Source of the DNA: an uncultured Clostridia bacterium
GTDB lineage: Bacteria; Bacillota; Clostridia; Christensenellales; UBA1242
Direction: 5' to 3'
Assembly: GCA_944350275.1 (NCBI GenBank)
Contig: CALVOK010000016.1
Coordinates: forward strand, 10,894 to 74,893
Length of the DNA: 64,000 nt
The position numbers and the translations under genes were made by a program. Each line of letters opens with the position of its first letter. Positions within the stretch are counted from its first letter, which is position 1. Of this stretch, positions 23,901-30,709 are shown one piece after another. A model generated the notes under the pieces. It made no database searches. It was not told where the DNA came from and saw nothing but the letters and a program-made list of their open reading frames with translations.

Positions 23901-26900
23901 CCACTTGATGTATTATCACTATTCTTTGTCCAAATAGGTGAAACTGTTATATTTCTAGTATATAAATACTGCTCAGTTGGGTTAAAATTATAGAAATCAC
24001 CACTAAAATTATAACCATTTCTTGTGATTTGGATAGCACCATTTTCTCCGAACAAGAAGTTATCACTGTTTTTATCAAACATAGTTGGTATGCTTTCATA
24101 AGCAACAACTACAAACACACCACTTACGTCCTGACCATAAAAGTCACCTTCTTGAACTATAGTAACATCATAATAATCAGAATTTTCAATGTATACAAGA
24201 TAGGCTGTACCATCTCTATCAGTAGTTGCCCTTATAGTTTGTTTGCTGTCGTAATTGCTACCCATTAAATTGTCAAAAACACTACCTGAAAATGTTATTG
24301 ACGCATAACTATTCCCGCCTATTTCAGCACTTTGACTTCCAACAAAAGACAATGTAAAACCTATAGAATCGAAGCCTGACAAAGTACCGCTACCTATTTC
24401 TGCAATGTTTGCTCCATTTCTATATATATAATATCTTCCGCCACCGTCTTGGAGTCCGCTAGAAACAAATCTGATTTCGTCACCTATTTGGATAGCATTG
24501 TCTCTTGAAATTAAATTATCTATTAGCAAATTGTAGTTTATAATATTCCAAGTTGCTGTCAAGGTGAGGTTTGCAGATTGTGAATTTGGTTGATTGCTGT
24601 TTTGTGTATCTACAAAACTCGACCAAGATTGCAGGTTACTTGAAGGATTGCCAAATAAAGTTGACCAGTTTAATCCTGTGATTGAAAAAGATGCTCCTGC
24701 CTCTACCGTTAGTCTGTTGCTTCCAATATTATAATTCCAAACATTAAATGTGTAACCTTTGTTTCTAAAAGGACTTTTTAATGTTACTACAGAATCATAA
24801 GTCAACACCTCTGCTGAGTTGTTATTTGTTATAATTTCACCTTTACCAACTTCACCCGCATTATATGAAACATTTACCGTTCTTTGAGCGACTATAGCAT
24901 AAACATTTATATCAAAACTTGAATTATTTTGACTATTTGTGATATTTTGATACCCTGAAATCATCGCTCCATCTTGGTAAATATCATTATAGTTGTTTTG
25001 TGCGACAACATTTCCGTTTTGCAAGTACCACCCTAGCATATAATACTGAGTATGAATTTGAATACTACCAAAACTTGAGCCAACTAAAGAAACCTGACCC
25101 TGTCCATTATTTAGCGAATAATTATATTGATAAAGTCCATTATTGTCTATAAATAAATCTTCGTTTATAGCAATGACTTGATGACTTGTAGATACCAAAC
25201 CTATTGCATTGATATTAACTTGCTTATAAGTAAAATTAAAGACAAAATCAAAGTCATAAGTGCCAGCAGTAAATGCAAAACTCCACTTTCCAATATTCGC
25301 TTGTGAATAATCTGTTGAATCTACAACAATAGCCTCAAATCCATTACCACTTGTTCCTCTTGAACCGTTTACTGATTGAGGAGTAAAGTTTGCTGTGTTA
25401 CCATATAAGATTGATAAACCAAGATTTGTTAAAGTAAGTGTGGCTGTACCGCTGTCACCATACGAAAATTGATTATCAGAGAATGACAGACTAAATAAAT
25501 CTTCAAGAAAATCTCTATTTCTATCACCATAATAGGTTGTAGTGCCTGTAGCACCTGTGATATTAAAGGTAAAGTTTTCCCATCCAAGTGTATAACCAGC
25601 ATCCTCAACGACAAATCTTATAATATAATCAACATCATTATAAGACCCATTATACACGATATTAAAAATGTTTTCAGTAGCACTTAAAGGAGACCATGTG
25701 TAAAGATTTCCGCTGTGAGTAAAATAATTGCTATTGATTCCATACTCAAAATTTTCATATTCTCCTGTTATTTGATTTCTTATACTTATTATTAGGTTAA
25801 CAGGCGAATAATACCCATTTGCTTGTAAAGAAATAGCATCAGGATTATTCCCATTGCTATCTCTTACAGGTGCTAAATTAATAGCATTAAGTCCAACCAC
25901 AGTATTATTAATATTTCCGCTTATTCCTGCCGTTTTCCCATCCTGTCCACTGAATGCAGTAAATTGATTCCCATTCATTGTACCTACTTCAAATTGGAAC
26001 CTTGCATTAAGTCCACCAATGCCGACTGTAAAAACTAAATCGTCATTGAGGTTTGTTATGGTGGCGGTGTATGTCATTGTTCTGTAGTATGTTGTGTTAT
26101 TAATAGTCAAGTTGCTTCCACTTCCTGTTCCACTAAACACAATGGATGACGAACTTGAGTTATGGCTTAAAACATAAAAACCAGAACTATCACTAACAAC
26201 TATTCTTAAAGTTATTTCCTCTCCAAGTCTTGCATCAACATTAAAGAAACTATCTTTTGTAGTCTGACCATCTCCATAATACCATGTAAAAGAGTTGTAA
26301 TTTTCATCACTCAATGCAGAGACATTTGTTACAACTGTTACGCCCTGAGATGCCCTTTTAACTACAAAGTACACATCACCAGTATTGCCAACTATGTTAG
26401 ATATAGTGATTGTATAAATTCGTCTTTCTCGTATGTTAAGTTGACCACTATCAGACTCGTTTCTAGCATAACCAGATGCGGTTACCTGATTATAAGAGTC
26501 ATTGTTTTTGTTTGCTATAGTGTAAGGTGCTCCGTCAAAACCTGTAAAGTTTGAAAAATTAAGATAAACCGCACTTGCTGGATGTCTACCCGAGGTCGTT
26601 TGATAAACATAGTTGTCATTGCTAGCATAGCCGTTTGACGCATCATCTTCATTTATAATCAAATTTGTGCTATTGTTTACAGTGTCAATTTCATAGCCTG
26701 CTGCCAACATAAACGAAATGGTAACTTCGTTTGAAGAATTATCATCGTCTGATACTATATTATTTATTGTGTAAATACCAGTGTCAGAAAACCTTGTTGT
26801 ATCTAACGTTCCGCCTGTAACCTCAGGATGACTGCCTGCAACTCCTGAAGTATTGGTTAGCGCGCCTACCAAATCTCCATAACTGAACCCACCTATTTGA

Positions 26901-28252
26901 TAATCAGCATAATCAATTAAAAATCTAAAATTAAAACTGTTGTCTCTTTCTGCGGTCCATGTTAGAGATATTGTGCCATTTAATAAAGGATAGTCATAGT
27001 AGAAATGTGGATTTGAATTTATATTTCCTCTAGATGTAGATACCCTACTTAGAGTATATCCTAGTCTTGTGTTGAACCCCTCACCTTCATCACTACTAAA
27101 GAAATCGTTTATAGTTGTATCGTAAGGAATCTGTGCTTGTACGTTATGTCTTGTACCATAACCCATGTTAAAAGTTACAGATACATTCACCTCTTCATAA
27201 CTTATATTGACAAAACAATCTGAAGTAGACGGTGTTTGATAGGTCGGTCTAAATCCAGGTCTTAAACTATAAGGCACTTCTGTATCAGTTAAACTTAAAC
27301 TCTCTCTTCTTTCCACTTTTTTTGTCACACTATAAAGTGGATTATATATTTCTAAACTTCCATTAAAATCATTAAAATTTGTGTCTACAAGAACACGAAG
27401 TCTTGTTCCATTTCCATCATTAAAAATTGAGTCATTCATCCAAAACAAAGTATTTGTGTCGTAATAATATAAAGCATATCCAGCCTGAGTAAGTCCAGTT
27501 CCGTCTATTACTCCAAGAGATGAGTAGTCATAAACTCCCGCATCAGTTATCAATCCACCTGCAACCGAAGTAGTTGCAACTGCAGTACTACTAAATACCT
27601 GAACTGTACCACTGACAGAACCTACTGAATTATATGTACTCTCAGCCTCATCCCTACAAGAGATAATCATACTATCAATTGCTCTACCTACAAGATTTCC
27701 TATGTGTAGAGAATTATCCCCTGTATAATCAAATTTCCCAGATATAATTAAATCGGAAATTGATGCATTTTCTATATTTCCGAAAAGTCCACGTCCGCTT
27801 GTTTCATTTGTGTCAGAAAAATAAGAATCTATGGATATGTTAGAGATGGTATGTCCTTCGCCCAAAAAGATTCCATTAAACGCATTTTCACTTGTTCCAA
27901 TAGGTGTCCAAAAAGCGCCATCTAGGTCAATATCATTTGCCAGCACATAGGTTGCATCTGCATATCCTGGCTGGTTGTTATTGATATTATAAGCAACATT
28001 TGCAAGACCTACTGCTGTATAGATAAAATAAACATTTGAAAATCCGTAAAATGCTCCTGATTGAATGTCAGAATTTGTAGCACTCAATGCAATTGAGTCA
28101 TCCATCCAAAGTCCAGACGAAGAGTTGCTTTGAGATTGAACTTCTTTTGATTCTGCTTTAACATCTATAACTGATGGTAACATAAAAATTAGCCCTAACG
28201 AAAGAATCAAAAGTGCAAAACAATACATATTTTTAAAAATATTTTTTATCAT
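8954..28252 (-). CDS. giant (6,432 aa) secreted, C-terminally membrane-anchored repeat protein; putative adhesin / surface-layer component
   Basis: Uninterrupted 19,299-nt ORF with SD GAGGTGG (28256-28262). Signal peptide MIKNIFKNMYCFALLILSLGLIFMLPSVIDVKA. Many divergent InlB-B-repeat/Flg_new-like motifs (RKGYHATGW…IWEI ~14040-14070; RDGYTLDGYY…LYASW ~10870-10895; RNKGYTFNVW ~24740-24770). YDG/MBG-like modules (ATKVFDQSKDF ~20800; VTKVFDRTNA ~14990; SREEGEGVGIYNF). C-terminal TM with 12 consecutive Leu plus the basic tail IRKRRKDK. Confidence 0.95.
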   Translation of the reverse strand: MIKNIFKNMYCFALLILSLGLIFMLPSVIDVKAESKEVQSQSNSSSGLWMDDSIALSATNSDIQSGAFYGFSNVYFIYTAVGLANVAYNINNNQPGYADATYVLANDIDLDGAFWTPIGTSENAFNGIFLGEGHTISNISIDSYFSDTNETSGRGLFGNIENASISDLIISGKFDYTGDNSLHIGNLVGRAIDSMIISCRDEAESTYNSVGSVSGTVQVFSSTAVATTSVAGGLITDAGVYDYSSLGVIDGTGLTQAGYALYYYDTNTLFWMNDSIFNDGNGTRLRVLVDTNFNDFNGSLEIYNPLYSVTKKVERRESLSLTDTEVPYSLRPGFRPTYQTPSTSDCFVNISYEEVNVSVTFNMGYGTRHNVQAQIPYDTTINDFFSSDEGEGFNTRLGYTLSRVSTSRGNINSNPHFYYDYPLLNGTISLTWTAERDNSFNFRFLIDYADYQIGGFSYGDLVGALTNTSGVAGSHPEVTGGTLDTTRFSDTGIYTINNIVSDDDNSSNEVTISFMLAAGYEIDTVNNSTNLIINEDDASNGYASNDNYVYQTTSGRHPASAVYLNFSNFTGFDGAPYTIANKNNDSYNQVTASGYARNESDSGQLNIRERRIYTITISNIVGNTGDVYFVVKRASQGVTVVTNVSALSDENYNSFTWYYGDGQTTKDSFFNVDARLGEEITLRIVVSDSSGFYVLSHNSSSSSIVFSGTGSGSNLTINNTTYYRTMTYTATITNLNDDLVFTVGIGGLNARFQFEVGTMNGNQFTAFSGQDGKTAGISGNINNTVVGLNAINLAPVRDSNGNNPDAISLQANGYYSPVNLIISIRNQITGEYENFEYGINSNYFTHSGNLYTWSPLSATENIFNIVYNGSYNDVDYIIRFVVEDAGYTLGWENFTFNITGATGTTTYYGDRNRDFLEDLFSLSFSDNQFSYGDSGTATLTLTNLGLSILYGNTANFTPQSVNGSRGTSGNGFEAIVVDSTDYSQANIGKWSFAFTAGTYDFDFVFNFTYKQVNINAIGLVSTSHQVIAINEDLFIDNNGLYQYNYSLNNGQGQVSLVGSSFGSIQIHTQYYMLGWYLQNGNVVAQNNYNDIYQDGAMISGYQNITNSQNNSSFDINVYAIVAQRTVNVSYNAGEVGKGEIITNNNSAEVLTYDSVVTLKSPFRNKGYTFNVWNYNIGSNRLTVEAGASFSITGLNWSTLFGNPSSNLQSWSSFVDTQNSNQPNSQSANLTLTATWNIINYNLLIDNLISRDNAIQIGDEIRFVSSGLQDGGGRYYIYRNGANIAEIGSGTLSGFDSIGFTLSFVGSQSAEIGGNSYASITFSGSVFDNLMGSNYDSKQTIRATTDRDGTAYLVYIENSDYYDVTIVQEGDFYGQDVSGVFVVVAYESIPTMFDKNSDNFLFGENGAIQITRNGYNFSGDFYNFNPTEQYLYTRNITVSPIWTKNSDNTSSGNIEFAEDVSGQTPEFYLLNSHDIAVGSIKDFGLLLGQTSDDEIIYFDETEVILTNGDQVQSYGFVVEHNGSQTRYQDISNFNINQLYDSGNYTIYFFINLRDSLYNSNSNPTYQVTSQTLSFTMNKNNFAFTGEFVSAYTGTEEFVPTSADDGYELVNNYGNVYLTYDWDGSELTSSQSAIFSVEDFFRNYQLSGGNYNVGNNKDILLTIDNSYFSIITSINDVQVNTSTNWSNLVNNISNSNGSYSYNYQGGATIVKARFVIDFGSRSTYYFDGVTLIVYAHDGRNVPFQIGRQHFEWNLEQIVYSGNAITGDTTFSGSEDSDVFRLEGLTINGNDYTNNMDSYFEYVLEGDFTLLDSSTALKLNYSPRYLTASNGELISSLNATYEGTADNLYIGNVVANGENVEVSGEQFTYQINGQVLFSVVNNGTNNLLIYINRAMLGYGLSYRIYIDMNSSRLSHLTPLSWGESTDVLVYESLLDGNFTDPVGSNPYGEFDITSTMSDTTTYAILTDVVKLNINYNGGVNTQNEGSQTIYISYSSGAYRLENPTIDYDGIVFDRYSYVSNLINVTTQGNITTFTNNDGAQSVSLTAYWTLNGIEYTLEQNAFSYYASLSASELDVSDIISYATLNGGTYTFTLTKKDSSGTSFTAVDDKFIIMDNTNRTPTTLGGEYTFNILLTYYNTYQGQQTTSVNIDVTINISLNDIGIVNATSSSLVFNNGDRKGDITISLRQNGETKENLSLNSLLTRGLTTYGVNTTITYNSLVTNSVVNAGSYNIEIALDSNYSTFFRVENDYDRITVEILKYQFNLNDYSSQIQISKLIGTEEPNPITDTITITNNLVVPDDVEINFTRESGEEIGTYDFLSATLANSADSVNYQLIFDGIDAKFEVAMPDSNLFIELSGNLTYIYNGHALSNINVRVNSSNSTLEIYGYAGSEEVSRSFRLYYIVGGSEIAIPLDQGTIYATYLTFTSEQGNSANVNNYRFDASLSSEGENIGWKGVEFAQSTLSSQYNYVVVTKRTITVRSATKVFDQSKDFRYTNTATEQSVNIDIDNIVSGDVVTVNGQTESEIAGQRVITSLTLDNVSEGNYILVNSHLMTITPSQDEVVSKTTVNSLVYGLLKENDSISQVLSNIPITFAYSNNTAISNAYITISNPVYTNPSYSTGRYLEIGNRNIQFTLSSVNYTFGQSVGAVGQSYTTTISFTIQITTRSITIENSSHQISKVYDGNNSIESADVNHNVNASLSPYISSGLLDGDIIRVTSGTYNNQEWGTNKPITLLTFDSNDDSNNYSITYPNLVGSITDKVITFNKDYNTYAFVQDGQGFTNTQSITLTYRGNIDEIITTLLREENFVIRQGYTQTGWSYQGEELSTTMSNKADLLQDAVDSGEQGVDLQVIWEINTYEITIETNDSTISPEMTTVTREYYSSLNSQSISVTANEGYTFEGVTLSVENGILTQEVNSTNVGTFNISNIIGDMIVTIITEEIEIRITVDYNNPEDYSVSTESPNWSTTTSRVMTYSQLRQEDLPVIDVDKLYTYDFDYWTINDTLSNATNIWDRIKGFIGSAPLQDDDTGYTFVANWKYEDVVLTIEDSLHSTITIYKDSVSNENIVTGISGEYSVTYNDNLIIDIQGEDWYKWTTLILGQDYANLSGDTVPTNATDGRFALQIKGMLNITISMEEIVVTINTSYTTPLESHVNENVGAKDGIYTISDGTTTIEDLIGVYTATVGTYFQDAWTYGEKEYTLDTPAQDIIVDILGAIPTIDSDIRLDAVWQGETYTLSFVKNNNDAVWQDNINIGEEIQETIVREYVYGEVLTDLPVPYEVGMSYNWSNEFDETIEEGQYFTTAHPNGDLEMTFTANWVNITYYISVIYDGVPNSDKINGVVYAYTGLPYQSGGSGEETAIYGQNRDFIFDLDVGYEIDLERTIANNPENVTLSCFGNTSTLRLGNIVGDVVVTVSIKAKDYTITIEQSQYEEISQTNLDVSYDQDISSIFNSLTFERIGYTIAYLYEGNNLFATYSDGSWRFDEDYVQGSLYKTDRDLVLKPVYDSNDDYIDITITATTGLVFNGDLQHLASTAIRSLNNETSFVLNNTLSNGDVVVDFYYTLNGTRVESQSNYDLYYRDAVINGGLSFTMVLRDSLSLNGNATYSYVGDMIRVNLARSDILTSGANLVSYYSGTSSFYPSEETDNLNDYGTLTFSGGNAITELTLERIELIDDDGLYNVGNGYSIIYYFVVDRDNGANFNVNNYLNLRRVPNSSLYSYMATDVTGSIIPSNITFEFNEQGFFNGENQYVTGEVNIIPQEWNTNFDVTLRSISTNSDAIGVYQDISDFNIDYDVTLNRVDKKDNFIIVISGGYEIVDTNNAYQIETGAKYLNADTQTISDKQDYNTTITSFSYLDVTMSISGDSYNYMEDGQLIFSITNNGTYSPTIIVAQGNEVEFTFSVDGEMEVLSWNNTTAYASLINILNNLTAPLSRSYTQSFTEQSEFYPVVTDFKAVLMSLGDQGSNQGYLYIQLGSSKTATQPQWLGFEFISWLSQDTTVSCDDDEISVRSNASIVYSTITAIWEIAVPEADVVAEDDTIIRLAKAEFGANTDTITVQDIVGENGITNLNSQSINYAYSWIRNGENYAEGDSFAVPANTSSNGQYTLRITASRSGYASKSLDLLFNISITKIDIGQITINETSFIYSNTNYVPSIIFTIGQIGQVNLSTLLNAQSTSNYYFTLSGTSSQEIRQAGNYTLTLGLNENVFNSATYQTSVEVSKYDYVVTNDDIPDNLQSKLFGLSDPTFTFTLTMFESGNSETIEVTLSREEGEGVGIYNFADIQTENENYNLSLSNATFTINPSNLTLEIIIDSPLSMTYDGQSPEFTTRYDGTQGRWIISVDESESTVTLYLLNNGERQNLSSTLYRLALENISFTYQNAVVVATYDLENLQVIFGDNANFNEAITSGQLSIERRGLIISSVTKVFDRTNAINSNGVVFENLVQDDNVTLTGAYSSNVVGNNIPLSSIILEGLDSGNYYIENTDINGSITPLAVTNSNLSLTNPNLEYGQVAQNTNVDTLITLVGGATLALDNVTTDLENGFITFSEFSVLGQYLSSANYLIASNVPIEVTLTSQNFTFNGENSITFDLILNIAPKNLNLSGLSNLIVKDFDGTNALPTNMSSDISSYGVLQGDEAYIDLLASHYDDETIERNKHVTIVLTGDDAENYQVMDNVRGTINAYTVYFTVNATTEHPDLVTDGAFVDDGEEPVVRNSFFTFAFPNDYSGQQLVEQLTFPTRKGYHATGWMVRQGEDYIELTSQNIIQIIEDAVYDESVANNTLTIYTIWEIDYYTVTITGQNIEDYIITGEHYSEANNLARYYSSVEASVTATAGYKIARYTVNGEYLSANLDDVGEKVGNLTIDTIKSNIEIIVSMEEIQISFIIDTNIPNYASRIDSESTYLTFSYSALATMYESDLPALQVTQGTYTLGGYQYGEGNNFSGQSLQDIVDELLPALNEDTEITLKAYWAGEEYTIYFDAGEGEVVGNQSINATYGSEIESQLPSAILPGRSYQWVDGSGNAYEQGDIFHTIGTQQDGEWVVTLNAQYTNNPYTLTMVYGNRILVYLNGQLVENGDTFTIVYNEDIISFVVQADQGYDFTVDSEELNGQYEISGSNIEVYNLVDDGTLRITSTPAPNTMTISADHVESYQVFIDNNEQEISVDNTYSVYTESSVRLVFTATKGYEFDDTSLSYSSNTISSVGYTISQDKKTLTVTWQNFIDDIDFTIQAIPSLNTITVGNISDRYTSIEFNGESVSVTGGTYNIRSDVDLIVTATLRYGYMNGSATSTVEEFILNQVCEYSRADGNYHLTINIDNINESFTLSFSSTERDYNFILQVASGQEEQGIITVDSRQTVTFGNELTLGATNTLDEYIFAGWLFNGEIIAEDENTAIVINSTLRNMLESVGPGENIVINASFRERLTPISFSSGNRGQISFYQNSSEPTTVHGGQSMTANLRLGENVYILIEADDGYEIDEIKIDGLVTMEGYDSDTNILTIMLDPISPISSVEVTFKASDAYVHIQSVLQINYEFVYGTDVGGYVYLVDSQGNRLGDEYYLEAQDSMYYDYKVLTKTDNLIYVMVEAKSGFSVIVNSPTASVVISPFTNSDGDTIYEISGIRDGAEVQAIFVAEENQIDIQFVIDGSFNVVDAGQISVDTSSVFVRASQNNSENVHVSVVTGENLSVNIHSQFTYDLEELDGVLRIQIVYHDGTFDEGAISIGAVTDSDPYSNGFTKASTLNILNVNADATIYIFVQPKVYDLVFYVTDSVQVTMEDALMYGQNFSLDSLTEEQRAQVFSSRDGYTLDGYYTMQTGRGTQYINGEGVILGSWNETGYTWTGYGYEESANYNSQTQTFVLYASWTYNRAMISISFRPEGFEDSLYYTSIENVITNLTSLGDGRYWIGQDDLWYAEVSSGSTLSFRALNYEGYEFINWQVSYNGQEPTQQPANFEMSFDAGSYEIRAIYQPRFTLTSTSGGRSELVQNGEVVDGQSFSTESLITLRAYADNGYNFLYFIVESGNSSERYYGEYDLATGSYQYTFDELILNPMNIQAVFEGKPVTINLDYSGIEGVHRIVGVYVDSQTVDYNQPISAVVGQTFRIVINKAYGYDITIDSEMFTQATNQSGNYVFNAILNADYMIESGDSYILNVALGINRQSINLVFEMEVEDAISPNEIFRAGSLSFINSLGEVDVMNFTWQEEGEVYQSNYPVIYGDEVALRIYVLANYELSDVLIQDGEYEVSVLSMLLENQPNDKQLNINQSFLDRYEQYELRIKVVYSRLLWTDEEARASSLLGGGTDDNPYLIRSKEELAFVTYAVNAGISNANGLKYSEAVYRLDSDIDLTGRFWEPIGTHENPFNGTMHLGAYEITGIVLYKEYSDPDTSYGGLFWVLGDRAQITQDTSTLIIVISVVIGLILLLLLLLLLLLLIRKRRKDKMNEIANN

Positions 28253-28281
28253 AGACCACCTCTATTTAATTAATTAAATAT

Positions 28282-28311
28282 ATTATAATATATTTATCAT
28301 GACAAAAGCAA
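28282..28311 (-). promoter_or_regulatory. candidate promoter of the giant gene
   Basis: On the minus strand: TTGCTT (28306-28311), 18 nt, TATAAT (28282-28287), ~22-nt leader containing the SD. AT-rich context makes chance matches likely. Confidence 0.3.
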
Positions 28312-28440
28312 ACAAATTTATCCATAATAAAGCATTTTACATACAATTTTTTACAAAAATAAAGGCTCTACATTCCGTTTAATTTAATACAAAATTTCAT
28401 GACTGTTTTGTAGAAATTGTTTTTTAAACTAAAAAATGCA

Positions 28441-28478
28441 ACAAAAAATAAGAGAAAATTTAAATTATTTCTCTTATT
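28441..28478 (-). terminator. rho-independent terminator after trpS
   Basis: AATAAGAGAAA (28447-28457) pairs with TTTCTCTTATT (28468-28478). The A-run at 28443-28448 gives a U-tract on the minus strand. Confidence 0.6.
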
Positions 28479-28535
28479 TAAGAACTATCCATCTTTAATT
28501 TGTAATTGATTTTTTAGGTTATAAAAATCAAAAAT

Positions 28536-29627
28536 TTAATCTTTAATAAGTAAATTTTTATAATTTATTCCCATAGCATCTTTCATCTTTTCTAACACTT
28601 TTCTTGCCTCCGAAGATGCCTTTTTACTATTATCAAAAAGCATCTCATATATATCATTTATATGACTCAATAAATAACTTCGTTTTTCTCTTATTGGTTC
28701 GAGTAATTCTTGTATAATGTTATTTAAAAATAACTTTACTTTAACATCACCAAGTCCACCTTTGCGATAGTGCTGTTTAAGTTCATCTAAGTTTTTATAT
28801 TCAGGTAAAAACCTTTTAAAATGCTCTTCTTGGCAGAAAGCATCTAGGTATGCAAATACTATATTTCCATCAACATTGCCAGGGTCTGAAACTCTTATAT
28901 GATTTGGATCAGTATAAGCAGACATTATTTTTTCTTTTACAGTTTTTTCATCATCACATAAATATATTGCATTTCCAGCCGATTTTGACATTTTTACCTT
29001 TGCGTCAAGTCCAGGCAAACGACGACAAATCTCTTCTTCTGGTAAAAGTGCTTTTGGCATAGTAAAAACAGGGCTCTCTGGTTTATATAAATTATTAAAA
29101 GATGATACAATTTCTCGGGTTTGTTCAATCATTGGAAGTTGGTCATCACCAACTGGTACTATACTTGACTCAAATGCCAGTATATCAGTCGCTTGTGATA
29201 CAGGATAATTTAAAAATCCAATAGGTATGCTTTTTACAAAACCTCTTTGTTTAATTTCATCTTTGATTGTAGGGTTTCTTTGAAGCCTTGAAACTGGTAC
29301 AAAATTCATAAAATAAGATGTCATTTCAAAAAGTTCAGGTACTAAAGATTGTATAAATATTGTTACTTTGTCAGGGTTTATACCTGCAGACAAATAATCT
29401 ATTGCAACCTGAATAATACTATTTTTAACCTTATCTACTCTATCAGCATTATCTGTTAGCGCTTGCGTGTCAGCAATCATAATGTAAAATTTTTTATAAT
29501 TTCCTTTTTCTTGCAATTTCAACCTGTTTGAAACTGACCCCACATAGTGACCTAAGTGAAGATTTCCAGTAGGTCTATCACCTGTCAATATGACATCTTT
29601 TTTATTGCTATTCTCTTTTATGTTCAT
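28536..29627 (-). CDS. trpS: tryptophan--tRNA ligase
   Basis: Class I HIGH motif (PTGNLHLGHY), KMSKS motif (KVKMSKSAGNAI) and a TrpRS-like core (YPVSQATDILAFESSIVPVGDDQLPMIEQTREI). Confidence 0.88.
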   Translation of the reverse strand: MNIKENSNKKDVILTGDRPTGNLHLGHYVGSVSNRLKLQEKGNYKKFYIMIADTQALTDNADRVDKVKNSIIQVAIDYLSAGINPDKVTIFIQSLVPELFEMTSYFMNFVPVSRLQRNPTIKDEIKQRGFVKSIPIGFLNYPVSQATDILAFESSIVPVGDDQLPMIEQTREIVSSFNNLYKPESPVFTMPKALLPEEEICRRLPGLDAKVKMSKSAGNAIYLCDDEKTVKEKIMSAYTDPNHIRVSDPGNVDGNIVFAYLDAFCQEEHFKRFLPEYKNLDELKQHYRKGGLGDVKVKLFLNNIIQELLEPIREKRSYLLSHINDIYEMLFDNSKKASSEARKVLEKMKDAMGINYKNLLIKD

Positions 29628-29881
29628 AAGTCATCCTTTTATGTTAAGATTATACTATATTTTTTGTATTAAACAAAATAAATTTTAGATTTATTAGCCT
29701 TATCTTTGCTTAAAAAACAGCAAATTAACCCATATTTTATTAAAAATCAATTAAAACCCGCCAAAATTAAATCAAATTCTAAAAAAAATTGTATTTTTAA
29801 ATAAAAAAATAACAAAAAGTACTTAAAATTTTAAAAGAATTGTGTTATTATATAAATATACAATAGTTTAAGAGGTACTAT

Positions 29882-30709
29882 ATGGGTAAAACAATTTCTT
29901 TTACAAATCAAAAAGGTGGGGTTGGAAAAACAACCACTTGCATTAATCTTGCTGCTTATGTTGCAGCGATGGGGAAAAAAGTCCTAGTTTTAGATCTAGA
30001 TTCGCAAGGAAACGCGACAAGTGGTCTAGGCATAGAAAAAAACAAAGAACTAAAGACTATTTACGACGTTATTGCTGGAGACACTACACTAGACGAAGTG
30101 ATATGCCAAACTATAATAGAAGATTTGGATATTATTCCTGCCACAGTCGATTTAGCAGGTGCCGAAATTGAGATGGTTCAAATGCCACAGCGAGAAAAAA
30201 TTATCAAAGGCATTCTTGAACCAGTAAAAAATATTTATGATTTTATTATGATTGACTGTCCTCCATCCTTAGGGCTTATTACTGTTAATGCTTTAACAGC
30301 AAGTGATAGTATAATTATTCCTATTCAATGTGAATTTTTCCCACTTGAAGGACTAACTCAACTTATGAATACAATAAAACTTATAAAATATCATCTTAAT
30401 CCATCAATAGATATTGAGGGCGTAGTAATGACCATGAAAGATAAAAGGTCAAATTTAACTGCACAAGTAAGTGACGAAATCTTAAAATTCTTTGGAAAAA
30501 GAGTATTTTTTACATATATTCCTCGTAATATCAGATTAGCCGAAGCGCCAAGTCATGGTGAACCTATTTTACTTTATGAGCCGTACTCAAAAGGCGCAGA
30601 AGCATATATGTCTCTCGCTGAAGAATTTTTGGATAGAAATAAGGTAAAATATAACCCAATTACAAAAGATACAAAAATAAAAATAAGAGAGGTAAAGAAG
30701 AATGGATAA
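29882..30709 (+). CDS. parA: chromosome partitioning ATPase ParA/Soj
   Basis: Deviant Walker A motif NQKGGVGKTTT and typical ParA core (MIDCPPSLGLITVNAL). SD AAGAGG upstream. Confidence 0.92.
   Translation: MGKTISFTNQKGGVGKTTTCINLAAYVAAMGKKVLVLDLDSQGNATSGLGIEKNKELKTIYDVIAGDTTLDEVICQTIIEDLDIIPATVDLAGAEIEMVQMPQREKIIKGILEPVKNIYDFIMIDCPPSLGLITVNALTASDSIIIPIQCEFFPLEGLTQLMNTIKLIKYHLNPSIDIEGVVMTMKDKRSNLTAQVSDEILKFFGKRVFFTYIPRNIRLAEAPSHGEPILLYEPYSKGAEAYMSLAEEFLDRNKVKYNPITKDTKIKIREVKKNG

Noticed and set aside
9095-25614. Ten short ORFs (60-116 aa) inside the giant gene: nine on the + strand, plus 25429..25614 on the - strand in a different frame
   Set aside because: All lie within the 19.3-kb coding frame (antisense or off-frame). 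They have low-complexity, hydrophobic or Cys-rich translations and no SD. These are shadow ORFs.
28253-28535. Invertible (phase-variable) promoter or slipped-strand tract controlling the giant gene
   Set aside because: There are no flanking inverted repeats, only a 7-nt direct repeat (TCATGAC), and no nearby recombinase. There is no homopolymer or short tandem repeat in the 5' region. The poly-Leu tract uses mixed codons, so it is not a DNA-level repeat.
29628-29881. T-box leader or DnaA boxes in the trpS/parA divergent region
   Set aside because: I looked for the T-box core (GGTGGTACCGCG-like, as its complement on the + strand) and for TTATCCACA/TGTGGATAA with <=2 mismatches. Neither is present.
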